Positions 9,874 through 19,288 of a stretch of 64,000 bases of DNA are shown piece by piece (within the stretch, counting starts at the first letter, position 1; each line of letters begins with the position of its first letter). Both the position numbers and the translations under genes were made by a program. The notes under the pieces were generated by a model, which worked only from the letters and a program-made list of their open reading frames with translations, ran no database searches and was not told the origin of the DNA. Source of the stretch: Chthoniobacterales bacterium (lineage in GTDB: Bacteria > Verrucomicrobiota > Verrucomicrobiia > Chthoniobacterales > JACTMZ01); the NCBI GenBank assembly GCA_049315725.1, contig JBMOJP010000003.1:7909-71908 (forward strand). The letters are read 5' to 3'.

Positions 9874-9899
9874 GCCCGCTGGCCTCAGCGGGCCGCTGC
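9874..9899. repeat. Short palindromic element, copy 1 (GCCCGCTGGCCTCAGCGGGCCGCTGC)
   Basis: CCCGCTG pairs with CAGCGGG, and an alternative pairing CAGCGG/CCGCTG is possible. A near-identical copy lies at 57472..57496. Preceded by a C9 tract (9857-9865). Confidence 0.6.
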
Positions 9900-9900
9900 C

Positions 9901-10401
9901 TCAACGCTGCAAAGGGTGCGGTCTGCTGGGCCCGCAGACCCTGCCGAGGGGGGCAGGCGGCACGCCGCGCGGGTCACTGCATCGGCGTGGCGACCGGGAT
10001 CGGGACTGGGATCCCGTCGTGCGCTGCTGTTGTTTCCTGGCCGGCGCGATGGCCTTCGTCCGGGTGGTGTCGTTGCCGTCGGCCTGGTCGAAAATGATCC
10101 CGCTCTTGTTATCCACGAAGGGGAGGGTGGAGGTTCCCGTTTTGTCGCCGGCGCGGGTCACGTCGAAATCATAGATGTAGTTCTGCGTGATGGTGGTCTT
10201 CCGCTCGGTGATGTTTTGCCGTTCGAGGTTCTCCGTGCCCGACCCGAGGTTGGCGTAGACCGTGCGTCCGACTTCGTCGGAGACCCCTCCGCCAGCCGGT
10301 CATACATCGCCCCGCAGCGCAGGGCCCGACGTGAGGCCGTCTCCCACAGGGTGAAACGGAAGCGGGTGTGGATGAAGAGGCCGGTTGTTGGGTTGGCTCA
10401 T
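9901..10401 (-). pseudogene. Coding-like remnant downstream of recF with an in-frame TGA and a probable frameshift
   Basis: ORFs 10300..10482 and 9901..10161 share one frame, interrupted by TGA at 10300-10302. GC3-rich codons encode ...DEVGRTVYANLGSGTENLERQNITERKTTITQNYIYDFDVTRAGDKTGTSTLPFVDNKSGIIFDQADGNDTTRTKAI. A second GC3-rich frame (ANPTTGLFIHTRFRFTLWE...) abuts the recF stop. Confidence 0.4.
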
Positions 10402-10409
10402 GCCGTCAT

Positions 10410-11465
10410 TCAGCCGGGAGTGATCCGGCCCTCCTTGATTTTCCAATGCGCGGCGTCGGCCGCTTCCTCGAGCCATTGCCATGAGGTGGTGGTCAGCACG
10501 CCCTGGGCATCATGGGGCAGCGCGCCCAGAAGGCGGCGGCGGCGCTCGGGATCGAGTTCGCCGAATACATCGTCGAGCAGGTAGATGGGGGCGGCGCCCC
10601 GCCGTGCCCGGATCAATTCGGCCTGGGCCAGCCGCAAGGCCAGAGCGAGGGTGCGCTGCTGGCCCTCGCTGGCGAAAGGTGCGGCGGCGGCCCCATCGAG
10701 TTGCAGGTCGAGGTCGTCGCGATGCGGTCCGACGACCGTCTGCCGCAGTCGCCGCTCTTCCGTCGCGCTGGCCGCGAGCGCCGCGGGAAAGTTCTCCCCA
10801 CCCGATCTCCGGTAGGCAAGGGCGCAGGGTTCGCCGCGGGGGCTGATGGCCACGACATGACGGGCCACCAAGGGTGCAAGTTCCCGGCAGAGCTGCTCGC
10901 GAACGACCGCAAGGTATTCGCCCATGGCGAGCAGTGGACCGTCGTAGGCGGACAGTTCGCGTCCCCGGTGCGGTCCGTCCTTGAGCAGGAGGTTGCGCGA
11001 GCGGAGCGCGCGCTCGTAGGCCCGGAGGTTCTGTCCGTAGCCGGGGGCGCATTGGCTGCCGAGGAAATCAAGGAAGCGCCGGCGCTTGGCCGAGGTGCCG
11101 CGGACCAGTTCGATGTCCTCGGAGGAAAAAAACGCCACCAAGCCGACCCGCAGGTATTCATCCGACTTGCCGCGGGCCACCCCGTCGAGCAGGAGTTTGC
11201 GGCCTTCGGCCCGGGCCAGATGGCAGGTTAGTTGACGATCACCCCAGGTGCCTTCGAGGGAAAGACCGGTGGCTCCGTGGCGGATGGTTTCCGTCAGGGC
11301 TCCAGCGCGCGGTGATTGCAACCGGAGCAGGACACAAATGGCTTCGAGCAGGGATGATTTCCCGCTGGCGTTCGGTGCGGCCAGCAGGTTCAGGCCCGGC
11401 GCCGGATGGAACTCGGCCCGGGGGAAGCAGCGGAAGTCGTGGAGGATCAGGGGACCGAGGGACAT
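10410..11465 (-). CDS. recF: DNA replication and repair protein RecF
   Basis: Walker A (APNASGKSSLLEAI), the SMC-like signature SEGQQRTLALALRLA and Walker B (IYLLDDVFGELD). Confidence 0.9.
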   Translation of the reverse strand: MSLGPLILHDFRCFPRAEFHPAPGLNLLAAPNASGKSSLLEAICVLLRLQSPRAGALTETIRHGATGLSLEGTWGDRQLTCHLARAEGRKLLLDGVARGKSDEYLRVGLVAFFSSEDIELVRGTSAKRRRFLDFLGSQCAPGYGQNLRAYERALRSRNLLLKDGPHRGRELSAYDGPLLAMGEYLAVVREQLCRELAPLVARHVVAISPRGEPCALAYRRSGGENFPAALAASATEERRLRQTVVGPHRDDLDLQLDGAAAAPFASEGQQRTLALALRLAQAELIRARRGAAPIYLLDDVFGELDPERRRRLLGALPHDAQGVLTTTSWQWLEEAADAAHWKIKEGRITPG

Positions 11466-11560
11466 GCAGCGAAAGTCGTCAGTTGGCAGTGTTCAGTTAT
11501 TCACGGGAAAAGCGAGCCGTCGGCAAAGAGGAATTGAAGCCAGGGCGCAACCGACCCAAC

Positions 11561-12835
11561 ATGATCTCACCTATGCGACTGTTGCCAGGTTTTCGTGACT
11601 TCTATCCTTCCGACTGCGCCCGCCGGAACTACATCACCGGCACGTGGCGGCGCGTGGCACGGTCTTTCGGCTTCGTCGAATACGACGGACCCACCCTCGA
11701 GTCGCTCGAACTCTATCGGAAAAAAAACAGCGGCGGGGAGATCCTCGGGCAACTTTTTCAATTCACCGACAAGGGCGAACGCGAGGTGGCGCTGCGCCCG
11801 GAGATGACGCCGACGCTGGCGCGCCTGCTCATCGCCCGGGCCCGGGATTTTCGCAAGCCGATCAAATGGTTCAGCATCGCACCCTTCTTCCGCTACGAAA
11901 AACAGCAGAGCGGGCGGCTGCGCGAGTTTCTGCAACTTAACTGCGACCTCGTTGGCGACGATTCGCCGGGGGCGGATGCCGAGCTGCTGGCGCTGGTCAT
12001 CGAGACGCTGCGGGCCTTTGGCCTGACGGCCGACGACATCGTGGTGCGGGTGAGTGACCGTCGGGTCTGGCTGGAGTTTCTCGCCGAGCGGGGAGTGACC
12101 GACGAGGCGCAGGCGCGAGAGGTCCTGACCGTGGTCGACAAGCTCGAGCGCGAGTCGCGTGATGTGTTGGAAACAAAGCTCTCCGCCTTCGGCCTGACCC
12201 TCGAGGCGGTCGAGGTGTTTGTCGCATCGGCCCGTCCGGAGTTTTTCGACAAATTGCAGGACAATCTCGGGGCGCGTGGGCTGGAGGGATTTTGCGAACT
12301 CGACCTGCGCATCGTTCGCGGGCTGGCCTACTACACCGGGCTGGTGTTCGAGGTCTTCGATCGGCGCGAGGAGCGCCGGGCCGTCGCGGGGGGAGGGCGT
12401 TTCGACCGCCTGCTCGCCGACTTGAGCGAGAAGAAGGTCGACCTGCCGGCCATTGGCTTTGGCTTGGGCGACGTGGTGCTGGCGGATTTGCTCGAGAGTA
12501 TCCCGGCAACCAAGGCGCGGATGGATGCGGCCATCGCGGACGGGCAGGCGTGTGAGATCTACGTTGTTGTGGCGGACGAATCCCGTCGCCCCGAGGCCCT
12601 GGCGGTGGTGCAGTTGTTGCGCGCCCTCGGGCGGCGGGTGGACTATCCGCTGGGGGCGGACAAGGTCGGACGGCAGTTCAAGGATGCTGGTGCGGCCGGC
12701 GCCACCGTGGCTCTGGTCATCGGGGCCGAGTGGCCGCAGATGAAGGTCAAGGATTTGCGGGCCCGCACCGAGGCTGAGTTGACCCAAGAGGCGCTTGCCG
12801 ACTGGGCGACGAATCTCCAGACTCCCGCGCCATGA
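11561..12835 (+). CDS. hisS: Histidine--tRNA ligase
   Basis: LPGFRDFYP, RPEMTPTLAR, RYEKQQSGRLREF, GGGRFD. ATG 11561 chosen within track ORF 11312..12835. Stop overlaps the aspS start. Confidence 0.9.
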   Translation: MISPMRLLPGFRDFYPSDCARRNYITGTWRRVARSFGFVEYDGPTLESLELYRKKNSGGEILGQLFQFTDKGEREVALRPEMTPTLARLLIARARDFRKPIKWFSIAPFFRYEKQQSGRLREFLQLNCDLVGDDSPGADAELLALVIETLRAFGLTADDIVVRVSDRRVWLEFLAERGVTDEAQAREVLTVVDKLERESRDVLETKLSAFGLTLEAVEVFVASARPEFFDKLQDNLGARGLEGFCELDLRIVRGLAYYTGLVFEVFDRREERRAVAGGGRFDRLLADLSEKKVDLPAIGFGLGDVVLADLLESIPATKARMDAAIADGQACEIYVVVADESRRPEALAVVQLLRALGRRVDYPLGADKVGRQFKDAGAAGATVALVIGAEWPQMKVKDLRARTEAELTQEALADWATNLQTPAP

Positions 12836-14601
12836 GTTTTCGAAGCAACACCTGCGGCGCGCTGCGCGCCGACCACATCGGCACACGCGCCACCCTCGCC
12901 GGTTGGGTGAGTTCCCGCCGCGACCATGGCGGGGTGATTTTCATCGACCTGCGCGACCGTGAGGGAATGACCCAGGTCGTGTTTCGCCCGGAGGAGCATG
13001 CGGGCGTGGCGGAAGCCGCCCATGCGCTGCGCGATGAGGACGTCATTCAAGTTTCCGGCACGGTGGCCCGGAGGCTCGAAGGCACGGAGAACGCCAAACT
13101 GGGGACGGGGGCGGTCGAGTTGGTGGCGGATGGTTTGGTTGTGTTGAACAAGGCGGACGTTCTGCCGTTTCCGCTCGAGGGCGCGGCGGCCAACGAGGAT
13201 TTGCGGCTGACCCATCGCTACCTTGACCTGCGGCGCCCGCCCATGGCGGAAAATTTGCGGCTGCGCCATCGTGTGATCAAGACCGTGCGCGACGTGCTTG
13301 ATGCGGCTGGGTTCTGGGAAGTTGAGACTCCCATTCTGAGCAAGAGCACCCCGGAGGGCGCGCGCGATTTTCTCGTGCCGAGCCGGCTGAATCCGGGATC
13401 CTTCTACGCCCTGCCGCAGGCCCCGCAGCAATACAAACAACTGCTCATGGCTGCCGGGGTGGAGAAGTATTTCCAGATTGCCCGCTGTTTTCGCGACGAG
13501 GACCTGCGGGCCGACCGCCAGCCCGAGTTCACCCAGGCCGACATCGAGATGAGTTTCATCACGGCGGATGACATTTTCGCCCTGATCGAGACCATGTTCG
13601 TGGCCGTCTTTCGCGAGGCGCGGGGGGTGGAGATTTCGACTCCCTTCCGCCGCATGACCCATCGCGAGGCGATGGATCGATTTGGGAGTGACAAGCCGGA
13701 CACGCGTTACGCCCAGGAGATTGTGGACGTGGGAGACATTTTTTCCGGCACGGAATTCAAGGTCTTCCGCGGCGCGCTCGACGGCGGCGGCGTGGTGCGA
13801 GCCCTCAACGCGAAGGGTCTGGCCAAGATCACCACCGGGCAGATTGAGGAACTGACCGAAACGGCGAAGCAATTCGGGGCCAAGGGCCTCGCCTTCATCA
13901 AGTGCGAAAGGGGCGAATGGAAGTCGCCCATCGTCAAGTTTTTCACCGAGGCCGAGAAGGCGGCCTTGCGCGAGCGTCTCAACATCGAGGAGGGCGACCT
14001 AGTGCTCTTCGGCGCCGATCGCCGGGAGACGGTGTGCGAGGTTCTCGGACGGGTGCGTTTGCGGGCGGTTGAATTGCTTGGCCTTGTCCATGACCCGGCC
14101 CGGTTGGATTTTCTCTGGGTGGTGGATTTTCCCCTGTTGGCCTGGAACGAAGAGGAGCAGAAGTGGAATGCGGTCCATCACCCGTTCACGCGCCCTCGGA
14201 CCGAGGATCTCGCGCAACTCGAGGCTGGGCAATATGCGGACGTGCGCGCCGAGGCTTACGACATCGTGCTCAACGGCGTGGAAATCGGCGGCGGAAGCAT
14301 CCGAATTCACGAAGCTCCGCTGCAGTCGAAAATGTTCAGCGTTCTGGGAGTAAGTGAGGAGCAGCAGGCCGCCATGTTCGGGCACCTGCTCAAGGCATTT
14401 TCTTTCGGCGCGCCGCCCCACGGCGGGATCGCGCTGGGGCTCGACCGCATGGTCATGCTCCTCGCGCAGGCCGATTCCATTCGTGATGTCATCGCCTTCC
14501 CGAAGAACAACCGCGGGGTCGAGTTGATGACCGGTTCGCCCTCGGTCGTTGATTTCAAGCAACTGCGCGAACTCTACATCACCTCGACTAGAAAGGCGTA
14601 G
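12832..14601 (+). CDS. aspS: Aspartate--tRNA ligase
   Basis: Anticodon-binding OB N-terminus (GWVSSRRDHGGVIFIDLRD) and class II motifs (FRDEDLRADRQPEF, GGGSIRIH, GIALGLDR). Confidence 0.95.
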   Translation: MSFRSNTCGALRADHIGTRATLAGWVSSRRDHGGVIFIDLRDREGMTQVVFRPEEHAGVAEAAHALRDEDVIQVSGTVARRLEGTENAKLGTGAVELVADGLVVLNKADVLPFPLEGAAANEDLRLTHRYLDLRRPPMAENLRLRHRVIKTVRDVLDAAGFWEVETPILSKSTPEGARDFLVPSRLNPGSFYALPQAPQQYKQLLMAAGVEKYFQIARCFRDEDLRADRQPEFTQADIEMSFITADDIFALIETMFVAVFREARGVEISTPFRRMTHREAMDRFGSDKPDTRYAQEIVDVGDIFSGTEFKVFRGALDGGGVVRALNAKGLAKITTGQIEELTETAKQFGAKGLAFIKCERGEWKSPIVKFFTEAEKAALRERLNIEEGDLVLFGADRRETVCEVLGRVRLRAVELLGLVHDPARLDFLWVVDFPLLAWNEEEQKWNAVHHPFTRPRTEDLAQLEAGQYADVRAEAYDIVLNGVEIGGGSIRIHEAPLQSKMFSVLGVSEEQQAAMFGHLLKAFSFGAPPHGGIALGLDRMVMLLAQADSIRDVIAFPKNNRGVELMTGSPSVVDFKQLRELYITSTRKA

Positions 14602-14607
14602 CGGACG

Positions 14608-16011
14608 GTGAACGAGAGAGGGCTTGAGCTGGCGTTGGCCAAGATGAAGGCGGCGGGGCTGAGTGCCGCTGCCGGCCAGAGTTTTCATCATGCCTGGCAG
14701 TTGGCGGCGGGAGGGGCAGCGGGGCTGATGCCCGAGTGCGAGCTCGAGGCCGTGACCGATGTTCCGTCTCTCGCCGGAGTGGCGGAGGCCTCTCCAGACC
14801 TCGCTTTGCTTGACCGGCTTTGCGTCATCAAGCTCAACGGCGGCCTTGGCACCAGCATGGGGCTGGACCAGGCGAAGTCGCTCATTCCAATCAAGGACGG
14901 TCTGACTTTTCTCGATTTTATCGCCCGGCAAATCCTCTGGCTGCGCCGCCAGCACGGCACGCGAGGCCCACGGTTTCTGCTCATGGACAGCTTCAGCACA
15001 TCCTCCGACACGCTGGCGTTCCTGACGCGTTACCCTGAGCTTTCGGGGCCGGACGGTCTGGACTTCCTGCAGAACAAGGTGCCCAAGCTCCTGGCCGACA
15101 CGTTGGAGCCGGTCCAGTGGCCGCATGATCGTGATCTGGAATGGTGCCCGCCCGGCCACGGCGACCTTTATCCCTCGCTGCTTGGCTCCGGATGGCTGGA
15201 TCGCCTCGCCGGGGAGGGGGTGGAATATCTCTTCGTTTCCAACAGCGACAATCTTGGGGCGACTGCTGATCCCGGGTTGCTGGCCTATTTTGCCCGCAGT
15301 GGCTTGTCCTTCCTCATGGAAGTGGCGGAGCGGACCGCATCCGACCGCAAGGGCGGCCATCTGGCCCGTCGCCGGAGCGATGGGCGTTTGGTGCTGCGTG
15401 AAGTGGCCCAGTGCCCGAAAGAGGATGGCGACGCTTTTCAGGACATCGGTCGCCATCGGTTTTTCAACACCAACACTCTCTGGTTGCGGGTCTCCGATCT
15501 ACGTGCGGCGTTGGATGCGCAGGGCGGCGCCCTGCCCCTGCCCTTGATCAAGAACACCAAGACGGTGGACCCGCGTGATCCTTCCTCGCCGAAGGTTTTG
15601 CAGCTTGAAAGCGCGATGGGCGCGGCCATCGAATGTTTTGCCAAGTCTGGTGCGGTTCTTGTCCCGCGCTCACGTTTCGCACCGGTCAAGACGACCGGAG
15701 ATCTGCTGGCCCTGCGCTCCGATGCCTACGTGGTGACAGAGGATGAACGTCTCGAATTGTGCCAAGAGCGCGGAGGAGTTCCTCCCGAGGTCACGCTGGA
15801 TGACACGCAGCACAAGCTGCTGGCTGGCCTCGAAAGTGCTTTCGGAGGGACGGCGCCATCGCTGCGCGAGTGCGCGCGCTTCGAGGTCCGCGGCCCGTGG
15901 ACTTTTGCGGACGGGGTGGTTTGCCGCGGGCAGGCTGTGTTCATCAACGAGAGCGACACCACCGCCCATTGCGCCGCTGGGGCTTATGAGGGCGTGGTCA
16001 CGTCCCGCTGA
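14608..16011 (+). CDS. UTP--glucose-1-phosphate uridylyltransferase, eukaryote-type (UDPGP family)
   Basis: Nucleotide-binding loop VIKLNGGLGTSMG, plus FLLMDSFSTS and VSNSDNLGA. This is not the bacterial GalU pattern. GTG start. Confidence 0.8.
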   Translation: MNERGLELALAKMKAAGLSAAAGQSFHHAWQLAAGGAAGLMPECELEAVTDVPSLAGVAEASPDLALLDRLCVIKLNGGLGTSMGLDQAKSLIPIKDGLTFLDFIARQILWLRRQHGTRGPRFLLMDSFSTSSDTLAFLTRYPELSGPDGLDFLQNKVPKLLADTLEPVQWPHDRDLEWCPPGHGDLYPSLLGSGWLDRLAGEGVEYLFVSNSDNLGATADPGLLAYFARSGLSFLMEVAERTASDRKGGHLARRRSDGRLVLREVAQCPKEDGDAFQDIGRHRFFNTNTLWLRVSDLRAALDAQGGALPLPLIKNTKTVDPRDPSSPKVLQLESAMGAAIECFAKSGAVLVPRSRFAPVKTTGDLLALRSDAYVVTEDERLELCQERGGVPPEVTLDDTQHKLLAGLESAFGGTAPSLRECARFEVRGPWTFADGVVCRGQAVFINESDTTAHCAAGAYEGVVTSR

Positions 16012-16013
16012 CC

Positions 16014-16754
16014 TCAAATCGGAATATCCGTCACCGCAACGTTGGACGGAGTTCGCTGCCGATGCTGCAGGCCGGCCGGGCTGGCGATGATCAGGTCGTT
16101 GGTCAAGCCGAGGAAAAGACCGTGGCCGGCCACGCCGGCGCGGGCGGACAGTCTGGCCGCCAGTTCCGCCTTGTCTTCGATCGGCCCGAAGTCGCAGTCA
16201 TAGATCCAGTTTCCCTCGTCGGTGACAAAAGGGGTTCCGTCCGCCGTCCGGCGCAGGACCGGCTTGGCCCCAAGTGATTTGAGGAATTCCACCTGGTTGC
16301 TGCGGCCGAACGGAACGATTTCGACCGGCAGGGGATGCAGGGTTCCGAGGCAAGGGGAGAGCTTGGCGTCATCGACCACGATAATTTGGCGCTTGGTCGC
16401 CTCGGCCACGATCTTCTCATGGAGCAACGCTCCGCCGCCGCCCTTGATCACGTCCAGCTGCGGATCGACCTCGTCGGCCCCGTCGATGGTTACATCCACC
16501 GAAGCCGGGCCGGCTTCATCGAGCAGCGGCAGTCCCGCCTCGGCTGCGGCGCGGGCGATGAATGATGATGTGGCGGAGGTTTGCAGTCCGGGTAGCTCAC
16601 CCGCTTGGTAACGGCGGGCCAGCTCGCGGAGGGCGTGGATGGCGGTCGAGCCGGTGCCGAGGCCGACGGTCATTCCGGGTTGAACAAAACGGACGGCAAA
16701 CTCGGCGGCTTGGCGTTTCAGGTCGTCGCGACTGGTCGTGGGCATCCGGCCCAT
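16014..16754 (-). CDS. rpiA: Ribose-5-phosphate isomerase A
   Basis: GLGTGSTA, IDGADEVD, IKGGGGALLHEKIVA. Confidence 0.9.
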   Translation of the reverse strand: MGRMPTTSRDDLKRQAAEFAVRFVQPGMTVGLGTGSTAIHALRELARRYQAGELPGLQTSATSSFIARAAAEAGLPLLDEAGPASVDVTIDGADEVDPQLDVIKGGGGALLHEKIVAEATKRQIIVVDDAKLSPCLGTLHPLPVEIVPFGRSNQVEFLKSLGAKPVLRRTADGTPFVTDEGNWIYDCDFGPIEDKAELAARLSARAGVAGHGLFLGLTNDLIIASPAGLQHRQRTPSNVAVTDIPI

Positions 16755-16806
16755 TGTGCCATGTTGGGCGGCGGACGGGAGAATTTTCCTCCAGCCTCCG
16801 CCAGCC

Positions 16807-16835
16807 TTGACCTGTGCTGGGACGGGGCGGATTAT
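16807..16835 (+). promoter_or_regulatory. Candidate sigma-70 promoter for the fur-like gene
   Basis: TTGACC-N17-GATTAT. It would place the transcription start near 16842, which favours ATG 16870 over ATG 16834. Confidence 0.4.
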
Positions 16836-16869
16836 GCGCGACAGCGCGCGGCTACCGCGCCGTCAAACC

Positions 16870-17349
16870 ATGGAAGAGGTCGTGCGCCACCAGATCCGCG
16901 AGTTCCTTGCCCGCAAGGGACTCCGTCATACCACCCAGCGGGATGCCATCATCGAGGCGGCCTTCAGCACTGACCGGCATTACACGGCTGATGAGTTGCT
17001 GGAGATGTCGCGGGTCATTGAGCCGACGGTCAGTAGGGCCACGGTCTACCGCACCCTGCCGATCCTCGTCGACAGCGGCCTGCTCCACGAACTCGATCTG
17101 GGTCAGGGGCGAAAAGTTTACGATCCGAATTTTGTCGATCATCCGCACCACAACCATCTGATCTGCCTCGATTGTCAGAACATCCTGGAGTTTGAGGATC
17201 TGAACATGGAGCTGCTGGAGAATTGCATGGCCAAACGGATGGGCTTCACCCCGGCGAACAAGCAGGTGCGCATTGAGGCGCGTTGCGATGAACTGCGGCT
17301 CAATGGCGTTTGCCGTCGAAGCGGCCGGGAAGTCCTGGCTGCCGTCTGA
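16870..17349 (+). CDS. fur: Fur-family transcriptional regulator
   Basis: Winged-helix region (TTQRDAIIEA...SRATVYRTL) and a metal site (HHNHLICLDC). Lies within track ORF 16738..17349. Confidence 0.85.
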   Translation: MEEVVRHQIREFLARKGLRHTTQRDAIIEAAFSTDRHYTADELLEMSRVIEPTVSRATVYRTLPILVDSGLLHELDLGQGRKVYDPNFVDHPHHNHLICLDCQNILEFEDLNMELLENCMAKRMGFTPANKQVRIEARCDELRLNGVCRRSGREVLAAV

Positions 17350-17351
17350 TT

Positions 17352-18728
17352 ATGTGGCACGGAAGATTTTCCCAAAGTCCGTCGGAACGGCTGCGCGCCT
17401 ACAGCGAGTCGGTTTCGTTTGATCGGCGCCTGGCCTTGCACGACATCCGCGGTTCCAAGGCCCACGCTGCGGCCTTGCGTCGGGCGGGTATCTTGCAGGA
17501 CGCCGAGTGCGCGGCCATCCTCACCGGCCTGGACGACCTAGCCGGAAAGATCAGCCGCAGCGAGTTTGTTTGGCGTGAGGATCTCGAGGACGTGCATATG
17601 AACATCGAGGCGGCGTTGACGGCGGAGATTGGGCCGGCGGGGGCCAAACTGCATACCGCCCGTTCGCGCAATGACCAGGTGGCCCTCGACCTGCGCCTCT
17701 GGCTGCGGGACGAGACAGCGGTGCTCCTGAACTCGCTGCGCCGCCTGCAGGGTTCTTTGCTCGGCCTCGCGGCCAAGGCGGGCGAAATCATCATGCCAGG
17801 CTACACCCATTTGCAGCGAGCCCAGCCGGTGCCGGCGGCGCACCACCTGCTCGCCTACCTCGAAATGCTGGAGCGCGATGCCGGTCGACTGGCGGATGCC
17901 GCCCGGCGGGCCAACATCCTGCCTCTCGGCTCCGGCGCGCTGGCTGGCTCGACCATCAATCTCGACCGCGCCGCCATCGCGGCCGAACTTGGTTTCGATG
18001 GCGTGTCGCAAAACAGCATGGACGCGGTGGCCGACCGGGATTTTGCCTGCGAATTTCTCTCCGCCTGCGCCATCACCGGCATGCACCTTTCCCGGCTTTG
18101 CGAGGACACCGTGCTCTGGGCCTCGGCGGAATTCGGTTTCATTCGTCTGAGTGATGCCCATACCACGGGGTCGAGCCTGATGCCGCAGAAGAAGAATCCC
18201 GATATTGCGGAACTCGCCCGCGGCAAGACCGGACGGCTTTACGGGAATCTTCTTTCCCTCCTGACCACGCTCAAGGCGCTTCCGCTCGCCTACAACCGCG
18301 ACATGCAGGAAGACAAGGAGCCGGTCTTTGATTCGGCCGACACCCTCGGAGCCTCGCTGGATATTCTGGCCGAGATGTTCGCCGCGGTCGAGTGGAACGA
18401 AGCGCGGTTGGCGGCCGTCGCGGACGACGCCATGCTGGTCGCAACCGACCTGGCGGATTTTCTCGTCCTCCAGGGTCTGCCGTTCCGCCAGGCTCATGAG
18501 GCCGTGGGAAAAATCGTGGCTCTGAGCCTTGATCGCGGTGTCAGTCTGAGGGATTTGTCCGTGGCGGATTTCCAGGCGGTGAGCCCCTTGTTCGGGACGG
18601 AGGCCGCCAGTTTGCTCGATGCGCGACGTTCGCTGGCGGCCCGCACAACCGAAGGCGCCCCGTCGCCCGTGCGCGTCGCCGAAAGGCTGTCTTGGTGGCG
18701 CCAACATTTGGCTGCGGCCGTGTCATGA
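17352..18728 (+). CDS. argH: Argininosuccinate lyase
   Basis: MWHGRFS start; TARSRNDQV, GYTHLQRAQP and GSSLMPQKKNPD signature. Confidence 0.95.
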   Translation: MWHGRFSQSPSERLRAYSESVSFDRRLALHDIRGSKAHAAALRRAGILQDAECAAILTGLDDLAGKISRSEFVWREDLEDVHMNIEAALTAEIGPAGAKLHTARSRNDQVALDLRLWLRDETAVLLNSLRRLQGSLLGLAAKAGEIIMPGYTHLQRAQPVPAAHHLLAYLEMLERDAGRLADAARRANILPLGSGALAGSTINLDRAAIAAELGFDGVSQNSMDAVADRDFACEFLSACAITGMHLSRLCEDTVLWASAEFGFIRLSDAHTTGSSLMPQKKNPDIAELARGKTGRLYGNLLSLLTTLKALPLAYNRDMQEDKEPVFDSADTLGASLDILAEMFAAVEWNEARLAAVADDAMLVATDLADFLVLQGLPFRQAHEAVGKIVALSLDRGVSLRDLSVADFQAVSPLFGTEAASLLDARRSLAARTTEGAPSPVRVAERLSWWRQHLAAAVS

Positions 18729-19288
18729 GCGACGGCAGTTGGGAGGTTTTGCGCGAGGAGCCTCTCCTCGACAATCCCCACCTCCGCGTGGTGCGGGAGA
18801 CCCTGCGCACTCCGAGCCGACCCGGCGGTCGGGAGTGGATGCGGGTGAGTCGCAAGGCGGGCGTGGCCGTGGCGCCGCGTCTGCCGGACGGATCGTTCGT
18901 GCTCATCCGCGAGGAGCGCGTGCCCGTGCGGCGGGATTTCTGGCAGTTCCCCGCGGGTCAGGTCGAAGGACCGGCGGGGCCGGACGCCGTGGCCGGGGCG
19001 GCGCGGCGGGAACTCAAGGAGGAGGCCGGATGCACGGCCGTCGGGCGGCTCAGGTATGTGGGAAAGTTTTTTACCTCCCCCGGGTTTACCGATGAGGTGA
19101 CCCATCAGTTTTTGGCCGAGGAGGTGCACTGGGATCCTGCGGCCATGAGCCACGATCACGATGAAGAAATTCTCGAGGTGAAGGCCTTCTCCGCAGAGGA
19201 ACTGCGGGGCATGATTGAGCGCGGGGTCATTGAGGATGCCAATACGCTCGCCCTTTACGCGCGGCTGGCGGCGGGGAGATTGTTGTGA
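18725..19288 (+). CDS. NUDIX hydrolase (ADP-ribose pyrophosphatase-like)
   Basis: Nudix box-like FPAGQVEGP...AARRELKEEAG. ATGA overlap with argH and GTGA overlap with tatC. Confidence 0.8.
   Translation: MSDGSWEVLREEPLLDNPHLRVVRETLRTPSRPGGREWMRVSRKAGVAVAPRLPDGSFVLIREERVPVRRDFWQFPAGQVEGPAGPDAVAGAARRELKEEAGCTAVGRLRYVGKFFTSPGFTDEVTHQFLAEEVHWDPAAMSHDHDEEILEVKAFSAEELRGMIERGVIEDANTLALYARLAAGRLL

Noticed and set aside
10300-10302. The in-frame TGA in the recF-downstream frame as a selenocysteine codon; small hairpins CGGAG-N4-CTCCG and CCGAC-GAA-GTCGG follow it.
   Set aside because: There is no redox-type Cys/Sec motif around the site, the hairpins are short and do not resemble a bacterial SECIS, and codon bias indicates a frame change in the same place. 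A decayed gene is more parsimonious.
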